A stretch of 46,691 nt of DNA from IMG/VR virus record IMGVR_UViG_3300020445_000005, positions 1 through 46,691 of that record, one strand, 5' to 3'. Below are positions 27,201 to 35,856 of this stretch, in pieces. The position numbers were made by a program, and so were the translations under genes. Position 1 is the stretch's first letter. Each line of letters starts with the position of its first letter. Source of the stretch: a virus (Duplodnaviria > Caudoviricetes). The notes beneath the pieces are model-generated. The model was given only the letters and a program-made list of their open reading frames with translations, was not told where the DNA came from and did no database searches.

Positions 27201-30200
27201 TTAATGACACAATAACTATTCAAGATAGTGCATTAGGTAGCGGTGGTGCGGCAAACTTTACTTTTGACGTTGCCGAAATTGCTACAGGTAATACACAAAC
27301 TCAAGTTACAGCTAATCCAGATGGTGACGCAACTTCAGTAACTAATACAAATTTATTATGGGATGACATTACTAACAAAATTAACTTTGGTGTTAACGGT
27401 GTAGGTTCAGATGTTACAGTAACAGGACAAACTACAACTAACGGCAGAGAAGGTGATGTTTATGCTAGAGGCAGAATTTATGCTAACATGGACTTCTTAA
27501 TATATGAAGGACAAGAATACATTAAAGCTAACAATACAAAAATGTATATGGAGAAAGAAGCAACTTATGGTTCTACTCACGATGCAAAATGTAGAGATGA
27601 TTTAAAACGTTTCATCAGAGCAATCCTTTGGGATTTAGAAAACTACGGAAACTATCAATCAGTGTTAGCGGCAAGATATCTTGTAAATGCAATCCAAGGA
27701 TCTGCACTAGAAGATATGTTCTACATGGAAAACGGTACTGGTTTAAGAAACTGTACAGTTAGAGGATTAAGTGGTGCGTTAGGAAGTGCAAATGCTTATG
27801 GAACTAAACGTCCAACAGCAGGTGCTTTTGTTTCACTTAACCCAAGTTGGGGACCAGCAGATTCAAGAGCTTGGATTACTACAAGATCTCCATACGTACA
27901 AAACTGTACAACTTTTGGAACTAAATGTATTGGATTAAAAATTGACGGTGATATTCACTCAGGCGGTAATGACTCTATTGTTGCTAACGACTTTACACAG
28001 GTACTTGATGAAGGTATAGGTTGTTGGGTAACTAACTTAGGTAGAGCAGAGCTTGTTTCCGTGTTCTCATACTACGGACACATAGGATACCTAGCAGAAA
28101 ACGGTGGAAAAATTAGAGCAACAAACGGTAACAGTTCATATGGTGACTTTGGATGTGTTGCTGAAGGTGTTGACTTAACAGAAACTCCAATCGAAGCGTG
28201 GGTTGATAACAGATCATTTGATGCTTTAGTAGGAGCAACAATAACAGATAACAATAATATTATTGCACTAGAATACACTCATGCGGGAAGAGATTATAAT
28301 GTATCATCTACTACAATTAGTTTAAGTGGTGATGGTTATGGCGTAACAGGATTAACTCCTGTTGTTGTAACAGGTGGTTTAATGGAAGTTAGACTAACAG
28401 GTAACTCAGCTACATTTGGTGGTGCAGACTATAAAACTGCAACTAACACTCCACAAACAGGTGACACTACAAGCATTACATTATCAAACACTGATGTAGC
28501 CTTAAGTGCGGCGTATGTTGGAATGGCTGTATTCATTACAGGCGGTAAAGGTGCTGGACAATATGGTTATGTTGACACATACAACGCAGGTACAAAAGTT
28601 GCGGCAATTAAAAAATATTCAGATAACACAGCAGGTTGGGATCAAATTATAAATGGTAGAGCTATTGAGGCTTCATTAGATAATACTACGGTTTATAGTG
28701 TTGAACCAAGAGTTACTGTAAGTGCTCCAGGAAATGATGGATCAACAGCAGTATCAACTGCATTATGTAGAGCCAAAGTAGCAGATGGAAAAATTAGTGA
28801 AGTAAGAATTATACACCCAGGTGCTTCTTATACAGCGGCTCCAACTATAACATTTACAGATCCAAACAATACAGCAGATGCTCCATTAGAAACATTTATT
28901 GGAGATGGTGTATTAGGTCAACCAGCATTTACTTCAAGAGGTACAGGATTTACAACTTTAAGTGCAACAGTAACTGATGCAGGAACAGAGAAAAACATTA
29001 CAGGCGTTAGCTTTACTGCTAATCCTTATGCATACACATTGTTAACTGCAAACAAAGAATACTTAAAAGATGAAGTTGTTGCATGGATCAATAACCAAAT
29101 TACTACACAACCTAATAGCACAACTTGGGGTAACCATGTTTATGATAATGCCAAGTGTGAAAGAGATACAGGTTTAATTGTTGATGCAATGGCACACGAT
29201 ATTAAATTTGGTGGAACTAGAGAAACATTAAAAGCGGCGAAGGCTTATTGGATTGGAACACAATCACAAGTAAGCGGACAACAAACACAAACAGTATTAG
29301 CATTAGTACAATTAAAAGTAATTATTAATGATTATGTTTTAGATAATGCGGCATACAGTTCTTTACAATCAGTAACTTCACAAACTACAAACAGTAACAA
29401 TGGTGAAGCTGGTGCACAAACTAAAGTTGCAGAATTATTTGATATATTAACTCAAGTAATTAACAACGGATTAGGTGCTGTTCCGGCGGCTGGTGGTGAA
29501 GGTGTTGTTAACATTACAGTTGCTACACACAATATTTTAGACAGAACTAAAATTGCAATTAAAGAAGTTGCAGGAACAACTCAAATTAATGCAAACGACT
29601 ATTATGTTAAAGTTGTTGATGCAAATACTTTACAACTTTACATTGATAAAGATTTATTATATCCAGCAGTATTAACTAATGGAACTGCTTACAGTTCAAA
29701 TGGTAAAATTACATACGCAAGAGGATATAGAGATGCTAAACAATCTGGAAAATACGTACAAGTAGAAGGAATGTTAAGTATTCCACAACCAGGTGCAAAC
29801 GTTGTATTCTCAAGTTTATCAAGCACATACTTTAAACTTGTTAGTGTAACAAACTTAACAGGTTCAGGACCGTATGCGGCATTATTACAAGTTTCTCCAA
29901 ATATGGAAATTGATAATGCAGTAGTACATGGTGACAAAGTAGAGATGAGAATTAGATATTCACAGGTACGTTTAACAGGACATGACTTCCTAGACGTAGG
30001 TACAGGTGGATTTACAACTACAAATTACCCAGGAACTCCAACTACTCCAGCAGATCAAAATGATGAAGAAGTTGTTGGCGGAGGTGGAAGAGTGTTCTTT
30101 ACATCAACTGACCAAGATGGTAACTTTAGAGTTGGTGGATTATTTAACGTTGAGCAGGCAACTGGTGTTGCTACACTTAACGCAGATGCATTTAGCATAT

Positions 30201-30526
30201 CAGGACTACAAGAATTACAACTTGGAAGTGTTGCACTAGGTGGTACAGGTGCTACAATTAACGAGTTTAGTACAGATGGCACATTTACAGCAAATAGTGA
30301 TAGCATTGTTCCAACACAAAAAGCAATTAAGACATATATTACGTCCCAAATTGGTGGTGGTGCTTCAGAATTGAACGTAAATACAGTCACAGCAGGTGTA
30401 GTACATATTAGCGGAAACACTATTACAACAACGACAGCGGTTCCGATAAATATAACTGCAACTATGAACTTTACTGGTGGTATTAGTGGATCACCGGTAG
30501 CGATGCAACAATTTATATTGAGTTAA
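24209..30526 (+). CDS. Giant virion structural protein B (2105 aa), paralog of A with three K-C-x-[RD]-D helical inserts
   Basis: TAAATA at 24179; shares YVQNCTT.GT.CIG.KIDG..H.GGN.SIVANDFTQVL, YSQVRLTGHDFLDVGTG and STDQDGNFRVG blocks with 18854. Confidence 0.75.
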   Translation: MAEFKLGRIRFVWKGAWAASTTYYKDDIVRHGGRTYYCSVGHTSTTLFTTDEATKWNLFADGQAWQGDWVAGTYYKQNDIVKYGGYLYVANTAHTAEADGGSTGKLETDQAKWDLFAEGFDWKNLWTVATTYKVNDIVKYGSTIYLCKTAHTSSATFAADSDGLEADQAKWDIFSKGIDWKTDWTIATKYRVNDTVRYGGQLYICNEGHLSASSLALGLEADQSKWDYAHKGIEYKSVHATTTRYKVNDIVKYGGGLWICTREHTSGATNLASDNAVSGVVATVGSISAADATRTAGTYKDVGGSSGGSGTGQRFTIVIDGSGAATVTVTNGGSGHSASDVITVTNGFIGGTGASLTFSVATITQTTNWSQFVPGLEFEDSWSSATSYQPGDFVTYGGYSYVAKTNHTNVVPYNNAATWDLFTTGFSLKGDYASATAAVNGTTSSTTALVVDGNVGTIVQGMVVTGTGISGTVTVQTVTDQNNLVLSSAQSLTNDVALSFNTAYRTGDVVRVGGYTYLNIADSTGNRPPNTTYWEKLNEGINWRDTWTNATAYDVGDAVRGINNVNSYICITAHTSDQVSAQNRPDQDVDGSEWKLISGGAESGNLTTAGDLLYYGGSGPTRLPVGVAGQVLKVNDEGNAPEWSYFGQVDQVYYVGKNGADNPAPGSGVTIDKPWKTLRHALQEIRFGPRNPIAKDILVRNKEFVMREAGEEYPAWQVANAGGSGIWNGYSHTVAKCRRDIGYIMDAIIWDIGHGGNERSREMAETFFKAGGGSYISGQTAQTVEVINYANTMLQRIVQNLTVTTNYQSLNSASNVVTQYTPASTTPESGLTTVIASLIGIITEVITAGNLTGLDPLVKPNTTLFVKTGQYTEVLPLIIPADCAVVGDELRSTDIGVYPTGTTLVNDATLNMAAIVRLKAIMSDLILGNAITKTPAGAMVKVDTFGAADASRTAGTYNGVAGASAGSGTVGTFNVTVDASTGNVSNVEIVTGGSGHAVNDTITIQDSALGSGGAANFTFDVAEIATGNTQTQVTANPDGDATSVTNTNLLWDDITNKINFGVNGVGSDVTVTGQTTTNGREGDVYARGRIYANMDFLIYEGQEYIKANNTKMYMEKEATYGSTHDAKCRDDLKRFIRAILWDLENYGNYQSVLAARYLVNAIQGSALEDMFYMENGTGLRNCTVRGLSGALGSANAYGTKRPTAGAFVSLNPSWGPADSRAWITTRSPYVQNCTTFGTKCIGLKIDGDIHSGGNDSIVANDFTQVLDEGIGCWVTNLGRAELVSVFSYYGHIGYLAENGGKIRATNGNSSYGDFGCVAEGVDLTETPIEAWVDNRSFDALVGATITDNNNIIALEYTHAGRDYNVSSTTISLSGDGYGVTGLTPVVVTGGLMEVRLTGNSATFGGADYKTATNTPQTGDTTSITLSNTDVALSAAYVGMAVFITGGKGAGQYGYVDTYNAGTKVAAIKKYSDNTAGWDQIINGRAIEASLDNTTVYSVEPRVTVSAPGNDGSTAVSTALCRAKVADGKISEVRIIHPGASYTAAPTITFTDPNNTADAPLETFIGDGVLGQPAFTSRGTGFTTLSATVTDAGTEKNITGVSFTANPYAYTLLTANKEYLKDEVVAWINNQITTQPNSTTWGNHVYDNAKCERDTGLIVDAMAHDIKFGGTRETLKAAKAYWIGTQSQVSGQQTQTVLALVQLKVIINDYVLDNAAYSSLQSVTSQTTNSNNGEAGAQTKVAELFDILTQVINNGLGAVPAAGGEGVVNITVATHNILDRTKIAIKEVAGTTQINANDYYVKVVDANTLQLYIDKDLLYPAVLTNGTAYSSNGKITYARGYRDAKQSGKYVQVEGMLSIPQPGANVVFSSLSSTYFKLVSVTNLTGSGPYAALLQVSPNMEIDNAVVHGDKVEMRIRYSQVRLTGHDFLDVGTGGFTTTNYPGTPTTPADQNDEEVVGGGGRVFFTSTDQDGNFRVGGLFNVEQATGVATLNADAFSISGLQELQLGSVALGGTGATINEFSTDGTFTANSDSIVPTQKAIKTYITSQIGGGASELNVNTVTAGVVHISGNTITTTTAVPINITATMNFTGGISGSPVAMQQFILS

Positions 30527-30539
30527 AAGGAGAAACAAT

Positions 30540-30860
30540 ATGGCCACAGGAAGACTAGGACACGCAGATTTGGCGGCGGCTACGAATACTTCTCTTTACA
30601 CGGTACCAGCTAACAATTTCGCTATTGCTACTGTATCTATATGTAACAGAGGAAACGCGGCATTGTCGGTAAGAATTGCGGTCGCAAGTGCTGGAACTCC
30701 AGCAGATAGTGAATACATCGAATACGATGTTGAGCTTTTACCCAAAGGGGTATTAGAAAGATCAGGAATTGCAATGGCGGCAGGGCAAATTCTGGTAGTT
30801 TACAGTAGTGCCGCAAACGTAAGTGCAGTAGCTATGGGAATAGAAACATCAACTGCATAA
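30540..30860 (+). CDS. Small beta-rich virion protein, paralog 3 of 3
   Basis: SLYTVPA...ATVSICNR; AAGGAG RBS. Confidence 0.65.
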   Translation: MATGRLGHADLAAATNTSLYTVPANNFAIATVSICNRGNAALSVRIAVASAGTPADSEYIEYDVELLPKGVLERSGIAMAAGQILVVYSSAANVSAVAMGIETSTA

Positions 30861-30886
30861 TGATAAATATATAAAAGGAAGATAAA

Positions 30887-31219
30887 ATGGGAAGATACAT
30901 ATCAACAACTGGAACAGCTAGTAGTGTTATTCGTAACGTTAGTACTACGTATACTGCCGTAGTTAATGATCGTATTCTTGCTAACTCATCGGGCGGTGCT
31001 TTTACTATTACTTTACCACTAAATGGTTCATTATTAGTTAACGACGTAGTCCAAATCGTAGACGTAACAGGTAACTTTAATACGAACAATGTTACATTAG
31101 GACGTAACGGTAGCAAGATTCAGAATTTAAGTGAGGATTTAGTATTAGATATTAATAATATTGCAGTTACTATGATTTACACAGGATCAACATACGGTTG
31201 GGTTATAAGCGGAACGTAA
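30887..31219 (+). CDS. Tail-fibre-associated small protein (110 aa)
   Basis: FTITLP...D.VQIVD..GNF.TNNVT..RNG.KI...YGW motif typical of T4-like fibre proximal domains; TAAATA at 30864. Confidence 0.6.
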   Translation: MGRYISTTGTASSVIRNVSTTYTAVVNDRILANSSGGAFTITLPLNGSLLVNDVVQIVDVTGNFNTNNVTLGRNGSKIQNLSEDLVLDINNIAVTMIYTGSTYGWVISGT

Positions 31220-31238
31220 GAATTAGGAGATACACATT

Positions 31239-31979
31239 ATGGCAAACCTAAGAGTTTTAATGGGAGATCAGGTAGAAGGCGGATCAGTACCTACGAAATA
31301 TTTCTATGTTTACAATAATAATAGAGGTATTAACAATGGTGGATGCTGTTGTCAATGGACAGTACCAGCTAACATTAAAAACGTTACATTCGAATTATGG
31401 GGAGCAGGCGCGGCAGGAGCCGGGGCTTGTTGCTGTATGTGGTCATCACAAAATGCTGGCGGCGGAGGCTACTCAATAAGATCACACACAGTAGTTGCTG
31501 GATGTCAGTTTACAATTTGTGCGGCAGGAAACGGAAACTGTTGCGAAAGAGATTGTTTGGGATACGATGGATCGACATCATGGGTGTCAGGTTCAGGTAT
31601 GTCAACAACGTGTGCTAGAGGGGGATGTACAGGAAGAACTAACTGTCATGCTCACTACGCCTACAACTGTTGCTTTGGATGTTCATGTATATCAGATGGA
31701 ATACAAGGCGACTTTAGATTAGGCTTCTCTAGAAATCAACCACTACAAACTCACTATTGTCACAACCAAATGTGGGATTATGTAAGTGGACCACCAAAAG
31801 GTGGACAAACAAGACACGGCAAGGATTACTGCGGTAAGCCAATGACGTGTTCGGGTTGTGGATGGGGATGTGCCCAACCATATCCAGGTGACGCAGGCTT
31901 TAACGGAACATCATGTGGTGGTGGTTGCTGTTGGGGTCATTGGGGATCCGGCGGAATGGTGAAGGTATCATACAGTTAA
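31239..31979 (+). CDS. Cys/Gly-rich adhesin-like protein 1 (246 aa, 26 Cys by my count)
   Basis: CCCQWTVP...FELWGAG..G.G.CCC, Gly-rich runs, ends GGMVKVSY. Confidence 0.65.
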   Translation: MANLRVLMGDQVEGGSVPTKYFYVYNNNRGINNGGCCCQWTVPANIKNVTFELWGAGAAGAGACCCMWSSQNAGGGGYSIRSHTVVAGCQFTICAAGNGNCCERDCLGYDGSTSWVSGSGMSTTCARGGCTGRTNCHAHYAYNCCFGCSCISDGIQGDFRLGFSRNQPLQTHYCHNQMWDYVSGPPKGGQTRHGKDYCGKPMTCSGCGWGCAQPYPGDAGFNGTSCGGGCCWGHWGSGGMVKVSYS

Positions 31980-32014
31980 AAAACATATGACTAAATACAA
32001 AGGAAGAAGATAAA

Positions 32015-32707
32015 ATGGCTGAAATAACTAAAAACTTTACATATGATATCCCCGACGAGTATTTGGCTCAGACAAACTCGAACGGAGATACCGCGACAGC
32101 ATCATATACAGGACCAGATAAATTATATGTGTTCGTAGATGAAGCTACAAACAAAAATACCGAAGCTCAGCAACCACCTGATGAAGATTTTCATTATAAT
32201 CCAAGTACTGACACAGCACCAGACGGTGAACGTGTTGTTACTTTAGATTGTAGCGGTGCTGATACTTTATTGTGTGCTATATTTTTACCACACACAGTAA
32301 CAATAACTCAAAGTGATGTTACGGTTGCATTACCAACAGGTTACGGAAACTATACAAATCCGTGGCCACCATATCCAGATCATGCTTATGAAAGAACTTT
32401 ATCAGTACATGATGAAGCTTCAGGCAACTGGACATTAACTTGGAAACAACCTTGGCAAACTTGGGAAACACTAATCCAATTAAGAAATGATAGATTAGAT
32501 GCTACTGACTCTAAAGTTGCTTCAGACAGTCCAGATGCTATTAAGCAACCTTGGATTGATTTTAGACAAAAATTAAGAGATTTACCAGTTACATGGAAAA
32601 AAGGTGAAGCGGATGAATATCCAGCACACATGGTTAAGTTTCCAGAAGAACCAGTAACTGGCGGATTTGCTGAACCACCTGCCGATGATGGCGTTGGTAT
32701 AGGGTAA
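32015..32707 (+). CDS. Tail fibre assembly chaperone-like protein (230 aa)
   Basis: W..LIQLRNDRL..TD...SD.P...W.DFRQKLRDLP motif; TAAATA at 31992. Confidence 0.7.
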   Translation: MAEITKNFTYDIPDEYLAQTNSNGDTATASYTGPDKLYVFVDEATNKNTEAQQPPDEDFHYNPSTDTAPDGERVVTLDCSGADTLLCAIFLPHTVTITQSDVTVALPTGYGNYTNPWPPYPDHAYERTLSVHDEASGNWTLTWKQPWQTWETLIQLRNDRLDATDSKVASDSPDAIKQPWIDFRQKLRDLPVTWKKGEADEYPAHMVKFPEEPVTGGFAEPPADDGVGIG

Positions 32708-32721
32708 TAGGAGAGTACTAG

Positions 32722-33492
32722 ATGTCTGCATTAAGAACTTTACTTCAACTAGGTGGAAATGAAGGGGCCTTACAACTGAGAACTATTTACGTTTACCATA
32801 CTAGTATGGATACAACACGTAATAGTAATCCAGGTTGTTGTTGTCTATGGACAGCTTCAGCTGATGTTAAATGGGCGGCTTTTGAAACTTGGGGTGCAGG
32901 CGGAGACGGCGGCGGTGGCTGTTGTTGTATGGCAGGATTCCCTGGAGGTTCAGGAAGTTACGGAAGAAAAATTGCAGAAATTACACCAGGAGCGGCATTT
33001 ACTTTATGTGCAGGCTCGGCAGGTTGTTGCAGACCAGTAATGGGCTGTCCAGGTTGCGGTAGTTATGCTTGTTCGGCAACTGGATGTTGTGACGGAAGTT
33101 ACTTCTGTTTATGTTCATCAGGTGGCGGATATGGTTGTGCTACTTGTGGATTTGGAACTGCATGGGGTGGACATTGTGGCTGTCCTAACTACGTATGTGG
33201 TTGTGTAAAAGGAGCAGATTTTAGTATTTGTGGATTCAACGGTGGTGGAGCAGGAACATCAATGTGTTCTAGTTCATCATGGGAGAACATGACGTCAGCA
33301 CCATACGGTGGACAAAGTGCTAGAATGTCAAGAGATAATTGTTATAAAACACACGGTCGTGATAGTGATGGACCAGCTGACTTCCCAGGAGGAGGCGGTG
33401 GTACACTTCACACTCACAACGGTACTTGTTACTGTGGTGGACCGGGAGCAGGCGGATTAGTAGTTGTTTACTATCAATCCGACGTAGGATAA
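32722..33492 (+). CDS. Cys/Gly-rich adhesin-like protein 2 (256 aa, 27 Cys by my count)
   Basis: CCCLWT...FETWGAGGDGGGGCCC...GAGGLVVVYY. Confidence 0.65.
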   Translation: MSALRTLLQLGGNEGALQLRTIYVYHTSMDTTRNSNPGCCCLWTASADVKWAAFETWGAGGDGGGGCCCMAGFPGGSGSYGRKIAEITPGAAFTLCAGSAGCCRPVMGCPGCGSYACSATGCCDGSYFCLCSSGGGYGCATCGFGTAWGGHCGCPNYVCGCVKGADFSICGFNGGGAGTSMCSSSSWENMTSAPYGGQSARMSRDNCYKTHGRDSDGPADFPGGGGGTLHTHNGTCYCGGPGAGGLVVVYYQSDVG

Positions 33493-33509
33493 GGGGAGGA
33501 ATAAAATAA

Positions 33510-34310
33510 ATGTCAAGTTTAAGAGATTTTGTACCAGGTTACGACACAGGTGTTAAGGCTCCCCAAGCATTTACAGTCAGCTATGCTTGGAATTGGGATC
33601 ATAACGAAGCATGGCCTAGACAACCAAAAGGCGTACCACCAGCATCAAGATTCTGTTGTAATAACAACGGAGGAAAATGTTGTTTATGGACAGTTCCATC
33701 AGGAAGTACTTTTGCAGTATTTGAAATGTGGGGCGGTGGAGCATCAGGAACAGGTGGCTGTTGCTGTATGCAAGGTTATCCAGGAGATGGAGGATCTTAC
33801 GCAATTAAATCAACTAACGTAGTACCAGGTGATACTTTTACAATTTGTGCAGGTAGATCAGGGTGCTGTTTATACGCAGGTAATAACTACGCAGGACATA
33901 ACAGTTTTGTTATGGGAACACCAACAGGTAGTTCATGTTTCTGTGCAATAGCTTGTGGTGGATACTGTTCTAACTGTACTCACTGTCATGGTTATTTTGG
34001 TTGTTACGGTTGTTGTATGAGTTGTTACAACTGTCAATCACAGCCAAACAACGTTGATTTTGGAATAGCAAGTTACACAGGATCCTCTCAAAGATCACAG
34101 CATTGTGGAGATAGAGGATTACAATTTACACCGGTTGCGCCAATGGCACAATCAGGACCAAGAATAGGACCAAACGGTTGTTGTACACGTGGAGGTGATC
34201 AATTTGGATCATGGCCAGGTGGAGGTGGAGTACACGGATCACCATACGGTGGTGGATGTTGTTGTGGATCACCAGGCGCCGAAGGTGCTGTTTACGTGGT
34301 ATACTACTAG
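33510..34310 (+). CDS. Cys/Gly-rich adhesin-like protein 3 (266 aa, 27 Cys by my count)
   Basis: CCLWTVP...FEMWGGGASGTGGCCC...GAEGAVYVVYY. Confidence 0.65.
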   Translation: MSSLRDFVPGYDTGVKAPQAFTVSYAWNWDHNEAWPRQPKGVPPASRFCCNNNGGKCCLWTVPSGSTFAVFEMWGGGASGTGGCCCMQGYPGDGGSYAIKSTNVVPGDTFTICAGRSGCCLYAGNNYAGHNSFVMGTPTGSSCFCAIACGGYCSNCTHCHGYFGCYGCCMSCYNCQSQPNNVDFGIASYTGSSQRSQHCGDRGLQFTPVAPMAQSGPRIGPNGCCTRGGDQFGSWPGGGGVHGSPYGGGCCCGSPGAEGAVYVVYY

Positions 34311-34319
34311 GATATAATT

Positions 34320-35777
34320 ATGGGACACGGATTAGACGCACAAAATAGAAAAAAAGAAGTAGCAGTTCAATTTTCATATGATATGCCTGATGCTTACTTG
34401 TACCAAACTACTAAAGAAGGTAAAGTAGGTACTTGGACTTATGAAGGCCCTAAAGAAATGTGGGTGTTTATGAGAAAAGTAGATAATAAACGTTCAGGTG
34501 AAATTAGATACGCATACGAAATTGAAGATGACTTTGTACCAGCACCACACGAGTACATGGTAAAAGTTAATTGTGAAGAAAATCCTTTATTATGCGAACT
34601 AATGGAAGTACATCAAGATACTTTAATGTTAGAAGGCAGAGAAAATGTAACAACTACTTTACCACAAAAAGATATTAATGGTAATAACTTTGTACACATT
34701 GAACCAAAAGTTCCTACACCAGATCATACATATGACAGAGATGAAATTACTTATGATCCAGTAGCTAAACAATGGAACACACCATATCCATTCTTAAAGC
34801 CACACGTAGGTTGGGATGAAATTAAACGTACTAGATGGTCACAGCTTTCTTGGTCAGACTCGCATTTATCAGATGATATGCCAGAAAGTTTAGCAAATGA
34901 ATGGAAAAAATTTAGACAAGAATTAAGAGATTTACCAGAACTATATGGTGCTTGTTGGACACCTACTATTACAGCAGGTGGAACAGGTTATTCAGTAGGC
35001 GATCATATGTTAGTTGACGCTAGTGTATTAGGTTATAGTGCAGATCAAGTTGGAACATTAGATGACTTATCAGCACCAATGGGACAAAGACCAGGTTATG
35101 ATTTTGAAGCAGATCCAAATGATGGAGAAGCTTGGAAACCAGATGCAAGTTCAGATGATGCTAAAGGTTCATTAGACGTAAACATTATTGTTACAAGCAT
35201 TGGACAAGACGGTGCTATTACAGGTGTTAGAACACGTAACGCCTTTAATGCTCGACACATGAAAGAAGCTAAAACAATTAACGATGTAGCTTATACTATT
35301 GTTAAAACAGGCGACAGTTCAACAACAGGAACTGGTGCTAAATTCAAATTAGAGAAAAAAGAACGTATTGAACCTTGGAAAGTACGTTTACCACAATCAC
35401 CAAAAGCTAAACAACCAGGAATTTGGGGCGAAAACGATCAGTTCCCAGGTGCTACTGGACGTTATGGCGCGGCTGTAAACGGTATGGACGCGGCAACTAC
35501 TATTGGTGACAATGTTCCAGATGGTACAGCAGAAGCTAATAGAGATAATCCAGCTGATGGTTGGTTAATGGAACACACTTACCACCCTGCAACAGGGCAC
35601 ATGATTCCACCAGAAATGGGCGGACATTACTTTGGTACAGACCTAGCTAGACTAAATTTAAGCACAGACGGTACTCCATTTGACGATGGTGTAGCAGATG
35701 GGCTACCTGCGGCGCCTACAGACGCTAAAGGAAAGACTAGAATAGCTGGAACTATTACAGCCAGAAAACAATCTTAG
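34320..35777 (+). CDS. Tail fibre assembly chaperone-like protein with long C-terminal extension (485 aa)
   Basis: N-terminal half paralogous to 32015 (FSYDMPDAYLYQT, PDH.Y, W..FRQELRDLP). Confidence 0.65.
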   Translation: MGHGLDAQNRKKEVAVQFSYDMPDAYLYQTTKEGKVGTWTYEGPKEMWVFMRKVDNKRSGEIRYAYEIEDDFVPAPHEYMVKVNCEENPLLCELMEVHQDTLMLEGRENVTTTLPQKDINGNNFVHIEPKVPTPDHTYDRDEITYDPVAKQWNTPYPFLKPHVGWDEIKRTRWSQLSWSDSHLSDDMPESLANEWKKFRQELRDLPELYGACWTPTITAGGTGYSVGDHMLVDASVLGYSADQVGTLDDLSAPMGQRPGYDFEADPNDGEAWKPDASSDDAKGSLDVNIIVTSIGQDGAITGVRTRNAFNARHMKEAKTINDVAYTIVKTGDSSTTGTGAKFKLEKKERIEPWKVRLPQSPKAKQPGIWGENDQFPGATGRYGAAVNGMDAATTIGDNVPDGTAEANRDNPADGWLMEHTYHPATGHMIPPEMGGHYFGTDLARLNLSTDGTPFDDGVADGLPAAPTDAKGKTRIAGTITARKQS

Positions 35778-35792
35778 TAAAATAAATCCTTT

Positions 35793-35829
35793 TAAATAAC
35801 TGCATAGTGCTAGTACGAAACTAGTACTA
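35793..35829 (+). promoter_or_regulatory. Late promoter core and 5' hairpin of the modification cassette
   Basis: TAAATA at 35793-35798; stem TAGTGCTAGT-ACGAA-ACTAGTACTA at 35805-35829. Confidence 0.55.
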
Positions 35830-35856
35830 AATTACGCACAGATTAAAGGATGATAA

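Noticed and set aside
33975-33989. CTHCH as a c-type heme-binding motif
   Set aside because: The protein has no export signal, the motif is not conserved in the two paralogs, and it is expected by chance at 10% Cys.
15030-34310. Diversity-generating retroelement or invertible tail-fibre cassette
   Set aside because: No reverse transcriptase or invertase is in the window. The paralogs are diverged throughout, and I saw no near-identical TR/VR pair differing at adenines.
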